Shown one piece after another: positions 57,035-64,000 of a stretch of DNA of 64,000 nucleotides (within the stretch, counting starts at the first letter, position 1; the number at the start of each line of letters is the position of its first letter). The notes under the pieces were generated by a model. The model had not been told where the DNA came from. It worked only from the letters and a program-made list of their open reading frames with translations, and made no database searches. The stretch is from Christensenellales bacterium (GTDB lineage Bacteria; Bacillota; Clostridia; Christensenellales; MGBC116941): positions 166,879 to 230,878 of the forward strand of contig JBMNTP010000001.1 of assembly GCA_050945795.1 (NCBI GenBank), read 5' to 3'. The translations under genes and the position numbers were made by a program.

Positions 57035-57733
57035 ATGTATCTTCCTTACTTCATCGATAGTACTTGGCTGCTTTTGATTCCCGGCATATTGCTTTCGTTG
57101 TGGGCGCAAAGCAGAATCAATTCAGCTTATAAAACTTATAGTCAAATATCTGCGGCGCGCGGCATAACAGCGGCTGAAACCGCCAAAGCCATACTCCGCG
57201 ATGCCGGAATTAATGATGTGAGCATAGAGCGTTCTCCGGGCGCGGGATTATCAGACCATTACAGCCCGCGCGAAAAAGTGCTGCGGCTTTCAAGCGGCGT
57301 TTATTCGTCGTCATCGATAGCAGCGCTCGGCATTGCAGCGCATGAGGCGGGACACGCTATACAGCATAAAAACGGCTATTTCCCTATAAAGCTTAGAAAT
57401 GCTTTGGCGCCTGTTGTTAACATCGGCTCAACGTTGGCGATACCGCTGCTTATTTTAGGCATCGCCCTTGAGGCGTTTGAGCTTATGTACATAGGAATAT
57501 TCGCATTTGCCGGAGTGGTAATTTTTCAGCTTATAACTCTGCCGCTAGAATACAATGCCTCAAGTCGTGCCATGGCTGCGCTTGAATCGGGCGGGTATCT
57601 AAATAGCGATGAGCTACACGGCAGCCGAAAAGTATTAAACGCCGCCGCCCTTACCTATCTCGCCGCCGCACTAACCGCCATGCTTCAACTGTTGCGCTTT
57701 ATACTATTGGCAAGAGGCCGTCGTCGCAACTGA
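57035..57733 (+). CDS. membrane zinc metallopeptidase (Zn_peptidase_2 / YpfJ-YugP family)
   Basis: HEAGHAIQH zinc motif, and N- and C-terminal TM helices with the family-typical layout. 232 aa. Confidence 0.85.
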   Translation: MYLPYFIDSTWLLLIPGILLSLWAQSRINSAYKTYSQISAARGITAAETAKAILRDAGINDVSIERSPGAGLSDHYSPREKVLRLSSGVYSSSSIAALGIAAHEAGHAIQHKNGYFPIKLRNALAPVVNIGSTLAIPLLILGIALEAFELMYIGIFAFAGVVIFQLITLPLEYNASSRAMAALESGGYLNSDELHGSRKVLNAAALTYLAAALTAMLQLLRFILLARGRRRN

Positions 57734-57781
57734 TAAGTGAGTAATTAAAACAGTCTTGAGATTTTCCTCTATCGACTGTAT

Positions 57782-57813
57782 AAAAAAGCAACCGCCCAGG
57801 CGGTTGTTTTTTT
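57782..57813 (+). terminator. terminator of the metallopeptidase gene
   Basis: AAAAAAGCAACCGCC-CAG-GCGGTTGTTTTTTT. Confidence 0.8.
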
Positions 57814-57860
57814 GTTACTGATTTCATGCATATATTGATTAATTTACCTGTATTATCCGT

Positions 57861-58391
57861 TTAAAAACCCGGGTAATAGTAATATATATAAAAGCCATCT
57901 TTGATATTTAAATATACATCATATTCGTCAGATTCTGGTGTGCTTGCTTCCAATGGATAATACGCTATGCCCCAATCTACTAATAAATATCTTTCCTCGA
58001 AATATACATACATATCTTTATTTACCAAACAATTTATTTTAGAAACTGGATATCTGCTTAGCAAAAAATCAAAAATCTCACATGCCTGCCTATAACCCTC
58101 GTCATAAAGTGTTGCATCCGCACTACTATCCAGAATAATATAAATCTCGCGGTCATTATATTTAATCACGAATCCTATGTCTTCGTCATCTTTACGATCG
58201 AATTCTTTTATCTGGTAGATATAATTGTTTTTTAATATATCAAACAACTCCAACAGAACATCCTCATGGCTCTCCACACAATCAATAGCCAGTTGCTCAA
58301 ATTCCGCTTTCTGCTTACCGCTCCAGCACCCAGTTACTAATAGCAAAGCCAGTATAGAAAACAAAAGGATAGCGCTTTTATACCTTCGCAT
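57861..58391 (-). CDS. hypothetical lipoprotein (AT-rich islet)
   Basis: GAGGAG RBS and lipobox LLVTGC. 176 aa with Tyr/Asp/Glu-rich, immunity-protein-like composition. Local GC is clearly lower than the surroundings. Confidence 0.55.
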   Translation of the reverse strand: MRRYKSAILLFSILALLLVTGCWSGKQKAEFEQLAIDCVESHEDVLLELFDILKNNYIYQIKEFDRKDDEDIGFVIKYNDREIYIILDSSADATLYDEGYRQACEIFDFLLSRYPVSKINCLVNKDMYVYFEERYLLVDWGIAYYPLEASTPESDEYDVYLNIKDGFYIYYYYPGF

Positions 58392-58402
58392 ATTTCGTCT
58401 CC

Positions 58403-58582
58403 TCAGTGTATTCTAGCGTATGAATGCAGTTCCATAAGCAGCATCACAAGATCCGTATCCTTACCGCTCTTTTGATATTGCCGCTCAGCAGAGTTTTTGT
58501 CCTTATGGTCGTATAGTAATATTCCCACCACTGCCAAGCATACCGTCATGGCTATAATCAGCGCTAATATTCGCTTATTCAT
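58403..58582 (-). CDS. small single-TM protein (below the ORF-track size cut-off)
   Basis: Hand translation gives MNKRILALIIAMTVCLAVVGILLYDHKDKNSAERQYQKSGKDTDLVMLLMELHSYARIH. Its TGA is 11 nt upstream of the next ATG, with the GAGGAG RBS in between. Confidence 0.35.
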   Translation of the reverse strand: MNKRILALIIAMTVCLAVVGILLYDHKDKNSAERQYQKSGKDTDLVMLLMELHSYARIH

Positions 58583-58852
58583 TATTGTACCATTTGTTTA
58601 TTATCTCTTCACTCTAAATTTGTAAAGCGCTTGGATTATGTTATTTTATATTGAGCCGTCAGGATTCTTTTCTATCGCGAAATTGCCTTTTATAACTTCA
58701 ATCGCCTCATGTAAAATGCAATTCCATATAATTTCATAGCTGCAATTAAGCTGGCATGCTATGTTAACCCCGCCATTATATTGACAACTCGAGCCCAATA
58801 CATTACAATAATAATTCGGTAAGCATTTAGGCGAATAGCTTTAAATCATCGT

Positions 58853-58929
58853 GTCTCCGTAGCTCAGCAGGATAGAGCGTCCGCCTCCTAAGCGGAAGGC
58901 CTTGGGTTCGAATCCCGACGGGGACGCCA
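58853..58929 (+). tRNA. tRNA-Arg (anticodon CCT), CCA encoded
   Basis: Hand-folded. Acceptor stem GTCTCCG/CGGGGAC, D arm GCTC-AGCAGGATA-GAGC, anticodon stem TCCGC/GCGGA with loop CTCCTAA, T arm TTGGG-TTCGAAT-CCCGA, discriminator G, then CCA. Confidence 0.9.
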
Positions 58930-59107
58930 CTTACCTTTCTTTTTTCCAAAAGAAAGGTAAGACAAAGAAAATCAATTCGCACACTATCTTTGTATAGTGT
59001 GCGATATTTTATGCCTGCGCCAAAGCGTTGCATCTTTTTCTGTAGCTAAAAAGAAACGGATATCGCGCACTGTCTTTTGATAGCGCGCGATTTTTCTACA
59101 CCCGCGT
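58930..59107 (+). repeat. tRNA-trailer element, two modules (copy B)
   Basis: Hairpin CTTACCTTTCTTTT-TTCC-AAAAGAAAGGTAAG (58930-58961). ACAAAGAAAATCAATT plus hairpin CGCACACTAT..ATAGTGTGCG (58978-59003) plus ATATTTTA. Then CTAAAAAGAAACGGATATCGCGC..GCGCGAT (59062-59091) plus TTTTT and CCCGCG. Confidence 0.7.
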
Positions 59108-59843
59108 TGGAGTTTGAACCTTTTTAATCCCATAAGACAAGGGCCGTTTTCCAAATGAATCAGCTCTTTTCTTATGCTATTTTGTCCCCCAACCACTTTG
59201 CATGAACAATGCATACTGGCTAATAGGATTCTAACCAAAAACCGACCCGGCTAATACAATCAGACACTCAGCTAATAAACTCCAAGCAATCCTCATCCTA
59301 ATCCGTAAAGAAATTGGCCAATGCGGCGAGCTCCTCCAGCAACCATACCTAAACGAACATCGACGAACTGTACGTACCGTCTGTGAGCTGGACTACGGAA
59401 AAACTAGCGTACGCCCGTAACGCCCAGAGTGCCCGCCGGACAGCTTAAAATGCACGATATACAGTACAGTCCACGAGTCAAGCCACCCTTGCTACAAAGC
59501 CAACCACAAAAGGCGCGATAAAAGCAGCACAGCATATTGAACAGATAGCTAAATCTCCCGCTTATAAGCTCAGCGGCTGTACCCACGTCTTTCTTCGATG
59601 TAGCATTCATGTAGCACTCTCCTGCTAATTAATGGATAAAAGGCACTCAACATATTCAAAATAGCCATGCTTAATAATGCTCCTTTTTTGCGCTTTCTAT
59701 TGGAGCCCAAAATGTGAACTAGCCTGGCTACTTTACAGTTGAACCGCTTTGGGGATGCTATCAAAATCTTAGCATCTTACTATGACCCGTATAAAAATCC
59801 ATTCGTAGGCAAAAATAGAGCTATTAGAAAGGAGTTTTTATTT

Positions 59844-60107
59844 ATGGGTTTATTATCGTGGATTATATTAGGAGCGCTGGCCGGTTGGGTAGCGAGCATT
59901 ATTATGAAAAAAAATCAATCTATGGGCGCATTTGCAAATATTGTGGTTGGAGTGATAGGTGCGTTTATTGGTGGTTTTGTAATGAATTTAATTGGAGCAA
60001 ATGCCGATGTAACAGGATTTAATTTTGAAAGCTTTTTTGTTGCATTAGTGGGTTCAATTATTCTATTGGCTATCGTAAATCTTATAAAAAAGGGTACTGT
60101 ACGATAA
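59844..60107 (+). CDS. GlsB/YeaQ/YmgE family stress-response membrane protein
   Basis: The ATG at 59844 follows AAGGAG. MGLLSWIILGALAGWVASIIMKKNQSMGAFANIVVGVIGAFIGGFV is a classic transglycosylase-associated (GlsB/YeaQ) sequence. The 35-aa extension in the track is unsupported. Confidence 0.8.
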   Translation: MGLLSWIILGALAGWVASIIMKKNQSMGAFANIVVGVIGAFIGGFVMNLIGANADVTGFNFESFFVALVGSIILLAIVNLIKKGTVR

Positions 60108-61003
60108 GACTTACAATACTCCGGATATCATAAATTGGATAAATTAAGAAGAAAACACCCATCAGTATCATTGGATATAATTATGTGGAGCGTCGGAAGA
60201 AATTCAATGAATATGCGATTTGACGCCGTATATTATGAGCCAGCCGCGATGAAGTATGATTTGGAAAAAATTCTTCGGGATAAATATATAAACTTACTCT
60301 AGGTAGAAGTTGGAACCACAATTATATACCTGAACTGATGAAAGCGCATACCGGAATTTCCCGAAGCTTAAAAGTCATCTCATCATATGCGCGAATTAAG
60401 GCGCTTAACAATGTGGCGGCGGCAGACTACCCAGTGGGAATGCTGATTGCGCCCAAGGGCGGATAGCCGCCATTCGGCATATCCGCCCCAATAATAATTT
60501 GCTCTTTTCTATGCTTTTTCGATTTTATACACAATCGGGGATTCACCCTCGGAAATTAAGAGCAATGCCAATATTATATATTTCATAGCGTTCTTGTAGT
60601 TCAAAATGTAAGGATTATTAAGCTATCCAAACTGAAGTTCAATTATTTCAACATAAGATGTTGCTGCGAAAATCTCCTCATAGATAATTTTGTTCAATAG
60701 GCTCTATTCTTATATGTGACTTTCCAAATCACCCAGCTTAAAGAACGATTGCGCTATGAATTCATATAATCCAAAACCATCAAAGTATATTTTATAGTGC
60801 AAATAACCATTGCTTTGATCACAACCTAATGCCTTTAGCCATGCCGAATTTTTCTCAATTGCTATCAAATTATATGCTTTTATATCATCTGGGTTACGCT
60901 AGGTCTTTTTTCATATATAATTTTGATAGTGTTAAAAAGGCAATAGCCTAAGGATGGCGTGTCGCTAGTTCTTTCGCTGCCGTCCGGTGCGTCAGCTTTA
61001 TTT

Positions 61004-61195
61004 CTATTCTACCGGCGATTGTTTTTCAGCCGACCGCTTCGTGCCGTAGCGTTTTTTGACGCATTCGCTAAGCAGATACTCTATCTGGCCGTTTACCGAA
61101 CGAAATTCGTCTTGCGCCCAGGCGGCGAGCTTGTTATAAAGCTCGGGAGAAAGACGAAGGGGAATTTGCTTTTTTGCCTTATCCGGCTTTTCCAT
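61004..61195 (-). CDS. ribbon-helix-helix (Arc/CopG-like) small DNA-binding protein
   Basis: 63 aa. [38 protein letters not shown] fits the RHH beta-strand plus two-helix pattern. It starts 4 nt after the SPFH gene stop. Confidence 0.7.
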   Translation of the reverse strand: MEKPDKAKKQIPLRLSPELYNKLAAWAQDEFRSVNGQIEYLLSECVKKRYGTKRSAEKQSPVE

Positions 61196-61199
61196 AATT

Positions 61200-62225
61200 C
61201 TAGAACAGCGAACCGCTGTTCACAACGGGCTGGGCTTCCTTACTTCCGCACAGCACCACCAGCAGATTAGATACCATTGCCGCCTTGCGTTCGCTGTCCA
61301 ATTCCACAATATCATTGTCCTTAAGCTTGCCAAGCGCCATCTCTACCATGCCTACCGCCCCTTCGACAATAAGCTTACGGGCGTCAATTATAGCGCTGGC
61401 CTGCTGACGCTGCAGCATAGCGGCGGCAATCTCCGGCGCGTACGCCAGATGCGTAATGCGCGTTTCAAGTATTTCAAGACCGGCGTCCTGCACCTTAGCT
61501 TGCAGCTCCTCCCTAAGCTTTAGCGCAACCTCCTGACTGCTGCCGCGAAGAGACATCTCGTCGGCACCTTCATTTTCATCCCATATGTCATAAGGATAAA
61601 GCCGAACAATATTTCTAAGCGAGCTATCGGCCTGAATAGACAGAAAGGAAATATAGTTATCAACATTAAACACAGCCTTTGTAGCGTTTACCACCCGCCA
61701 TATTACGACAACGCCTATCTCTATCGGATTTCCCATTTTATCGTTTACCTTCTGCTTGTTGTTATCAAGCGTCATAATCTTAAGAGAAATGGCGTTTCCC
61801 CTCGCTGTATCCGTTTTATCCGATTTATCGGTGCGGAGATTGAGCTGCTCCGCCACCGCAGCCGCTAATACCGAAGACTTTGTAGGGTTTATTGGTGTAA
61901 CAAACGGGTTTAGAAAGTAAAATCCCGGCGATTCAATAGTGCCGTAATATTTGCCGAATAGTGTCAATACCAGAGCTTCGTTTGGTTTAACCACTTTAAG
62001 GCCAATAAATATTATAGGACAAACTATAAATGCCACAATAGACGATATTACCGCGAAAACTATGCCTAAAGTTCTTGTCGCCTCGTTGCCCTGTTCAATA
62101 ATTATTACTGAATATACGAAAAGGGCTGTAAATGCGATTATGGCGATTATGTTCATTATTAAAACGCCCATACCGCTTCGGGTCTTAATGTTCTTTTGCT
62201 CCGAAAACAATTCTGTCCGACTCAT
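61200..62225 (-). CDS. SPFH/band-7 domain membrane protein
   Basis: AGGAGG RBS, two N-terminal TM helices, SPFH core ([31 protein letters not shown]...) and a C-terminal Ala/Gln-rich helix ([19 protein letters not shown]). Confidence 0.85.
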   Translation of the reverse strand: MSRTELFSEQKNIKTRSGMGVLIMNIIAIIAFTALFVYSVIIIEQGNEATRTLGIVFAVISSIVAFIVCPIIFIGLKVVKPNEALVLTLFGKYYGTIESPGFYFLNPFVTPINPTKSSVLAAAVAEQLNLRTDKSDKTDTARGNAISLKIMTLDNNKQKVNDKMGNPIEIGVVVIWRVVNATKAVFNVDNYISFLSIQADSSLRNIVRLYPYDIWDENEGADEMSLRGSSQEVALKLREELQAKVQDAGLEILETRITHLAYAPEIAAAMLQRQQASAIIDARKLIVEGAVGMVEMALGKLKDNDIVELDSERKAAMVSNLLVVLCGSKEAQPVVNSGSLF

Positions 62226-62438
62226 AGGACACCTCCTATTATATTAATTCGATATCATTATGATATCATACTTCCTGTATCTGTCAATTGTATTTGCGCC
62301 GTATGCCATGATAAAAATTATAGATTTCTCGCCTGTCACCCGTCGGTTATTAAACATTGGGCATTTAGCTATAATAAGATGTTTCGCGCTTTACGGTGTT
62401 ATGATAAAATGAAACAAATAAAGAAGGGAGGTGCGTTC

Positions 62439-63515
62439 ATGGCTCAAAGAATAGGTATTTTAACAAGCGGCGGCGATTGCCCGGGGCTAAACGCAGTAAT
62501 CCGAGGAGTTGCGAAGGCGGCTTACGAACGCATGAAAGGCGTTGAAATAGTAGGCATAGCCGATGGTTATCGCGGCCTTATAAGCGGAGAGGCGCGACTT
62601 ATGGCACGCAGCGAATTTTCAGGTATACTTACGCTCGGCGGCACAATACTCGGCACCTCACGTCAACCGTACAGCAAGATGCGGGTTATAGAGGATGATA
62701 TAAACAAAATCTCCAATATGAAAGCAAACTATAAAAAAATGGGGCTCGACTGCCTTTTGATACTCGGCGGCAACGGCACGCACAAAACCGCCAATCTTCT
62801 TAGCGAGGAAGGGCTTAATGTAATAGGCCTGCCCAAAACAATAGACAACGACATATGGGGCAGCGATGTTACTTTTGGCTTCCATTCCGCCGTAGACATC
62901 GCAACAGACGTAGTCGATCGCATACATACAACTGCCGCCAGCCATAACCGCGTAATGCTTATAGAGCTTATGGGCAACAAAGCCGGCTGGCTTACGCTTT
63001 ATGCCGGCATCGCCGGAGGGGCGGATATAATACTTATACCCGAAATACCGTTTAATATGGAAAGCATTTTAAAAGCAATAAGTAAACGTGGTAAGGAGGG
63101 AAAATCATTTTCCATACTCGCCGTAGCAGAAGGCGTAAAGGACGAAGAGGAAGCCAAGCTTCGTAAAAAAGACCTCGCCAGCAAACGCGCGAGCTGCGCC
63201 GAGACCACCGCCTCAAACCGCATAGCCAACGCTATTGAGCAGGAAACAGGCATGGAAACGCGTGTCGTAGTGCCAGGGCATGTACAGCGCGGCGGCCCAC
63301 CCTCGCCTTACGATCGCCTTCTGTCAACGCAGTTCGGCGTTTATGCCGCCATGCTTATAGAGAAAAAGCAATACGGCGTAAGCGTCGCTATGGTGAATAA
63401 TATGGTAACGCATAATCCTTTAAAAGACGTTGCCGGAAAAACTAAATTTGTACCGGCCGACCATCAGATGATTAAGGCGGCGCGGCGCATGGGCGTGTGC
63501 TTTGGAAACGAATAA
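62439..63515 (+). CDS. pfkA: 6-phosphofructokinase
   Basis: The ATG at 62439 follows GAAGGGAGG. MAQRIGILTSGGDCPGLNAVIRG, LLILGGNGT, PKTIDNDI. 358 aa. The 81-aa N-terminal extension in the track is non-genic. Confidence 0.9.
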   Translation: MAQRIGILTSGGDCPGLNAVIRGVAKAAYERMKGVEIVGIADGYRGLISGEARLMARSEFSGILTLGGTILGTSRQPYSKMRVIEDDINKISNMKANYKKMGLDCLLILGGNGTHKTANLLSEEGLNVIGLPKTIDNDIWGSDVTFGFHSAVDIATDVVDRIHTTAASHNRVMLIELMGNKAGWLTLYAGIAGGADIILIPEIPFNMESILKAISKRGKEGKSFSILAVAEGVKDEEEAKLRKKDLASKRASCAETTASNRIANAIEQETGMETRVVVPGHVQRGGPPSPYDRLLSTQFGVYAAMLIEKKQYGVSVAMVNNMVTHNPLKDVAGKTKFVPADHQMIKAARRMGVCFGNE

Positions 63516-63548
63516 TCAATAGTTATATTACATAATACGGAGGCTAAA

Positions 63549-64000
63549 ATGAACATACTTATACTCAACTGCGGCAGCTCGTCCGTCAAATTTCAAGTTG
63601 CTGTAATGCCGGGCTATAAGATTATAGCAAAAGGCGGAGTAGGTCGCATAGGATACGACGACGCCGAATTCACATATCATGCCGGTTCCGTCAACCAGCG
63701 AGTAACGGCGGCGGTAGCAGACCATAAGCAGGCAATAGCGCTAATGCTCGAAACGCTTTTTGGCGCCGACTCAAACACCGGCATAACCGCCGGCGATATA
63801 GACGCTGTTGGTCATCGCGTTGTGCAGGGCGGCAGTCTGCGCAGCGATTCTGTTATTATAGACAGCTCGGTTATAAGCGATATAGAAAGCATAAAAGAGC
63901 TAGCGCCGCTCCATAACCCCAACCACCTCGCCGGAATATACGCATGCGCGCAGTTGCTGCCGGATGTTGTACAGGTCGCGGTATTCGATAACGGTTTTCA
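63549..64000 (+). CDS. ackA: acetate kinase (N-terminal part; runs off the window end)
   Basis: Hand translation from ATG 63549 gives MNILILNCGSSSVKFQVAVM...VGHRVVQGG...LAPLHNPNHL, the acetate/propionate kinase signatures. The frame is open to the window end. Confidence 0.9.
   Translation, partial: MNILILNCGSSSVKFQVAVMPGYKIIAKGGVGRIGYDDAEFTYHAGSVNQRVTAAVADHKQAIALMLETLFGADSNTGITAGDIDAVGHRVVQGGSLRSDSVIIDSSVISDIESIKELAPLHNPNHLAGIYACAQLLPDVVQVAVFDNGF

Noticed and set aside
59330-59400. Group II intron domain V-like string (GTACGTACCGTC) and possible tmRNA/RNase P in the ORF-less stretch.
   Set aside because: The required complementary 5' half of domain V is missing. There are no tmRNA termini (GGGG...TCCACCA) and no RNase P conserved regions (GAGGAAAGTCC).
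60213-60302. The fragment MRFDAVYYEPAAMKYDLEKILRDKYINLL as the N-terminus of a spore-photoproduct-lyase-like radical SAM pseudogene.
   Set aside because: The resemblance is from memory of N-terminal patterns only, and the downstream frames do not show radical SAM motifs (CxxxCxxC). I report it only as part of the decayed region, not as an annotated pseudogene.
62196-62438. 81-aa N-terminal extension of the pfkA ORF. Similar extensions occur on the EF-G paralog (26987), polA (36987), floA (8299), DUF4349 (6410), the gamma subunit (9808), the C39-like gene (39911) and glsB (59739).
   Set aside because: The extensions have non-protein-like composition. They also cross promoters or terminators or the preceding gene. 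Internal ATGs with good Shine-Dalgarno sequences coincide with the conserved family N-termini.

Overview
This is 64 kb of a Firmicutes (Clostridia-type) chromosome, roughly 50% GC and densely coding on both strands. I can support about 57 protein-coding genes, three single tRNA genes (Leu-GAG, Leu-CAA, Arg-CCT), one T-box leader, a set of rho-independent terminators and a family of repeated tRNA-trailer elements. Most of the content is housekeeping or envelope-related. It includes a monosaccharide ABC importer, an NfeD/FloA flotillin module, a four-subunit 2-oxoacid:ferredoxin oxidoreductase and cdaA-cdaR. It also includes glmM, trxB, a 7TMR-DISM GGDEF cyclase, an EF-G2-type paralog and the block of oligopeptide-type binding protein, lytic transglycosylase, coaE and polA. 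Further genes are an ECF sigma factor, a csoR-copA-copZ copper operon, a second SPFH protein, pfkA and ackA. I saw no CRISPR array, integrase, transposase, rRNA or recognisable defence or toxin system. I could not identify any single obviously novel multi-gene system. The observations most worth a second look are five. (1) A T-box leader whose specifier reads UGG (Trp) controls an LDH-family dehydrogenase fused in an operon to a COG2984-type ABC importer. (2) A DeoR-regulated pair of archaeal-type (type II) GAPDH and archaeal-type PGK. (3) A modular hairpin/motif/terminator element follows the CCA end of all three tRNA genes, with a 116-nt tandem duplication that includes a tRNA 3' end. (4) An uncharacterised Met/His-rich lipoprotein sits inside the copper operon. 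(5) There are ORF-less or decayed stretches next to tRNA-Leu(CAA) and tRNA-Arg(CCT). All functional calls come from reading motifs in the supplied translations and in the DNA. No database search was run.
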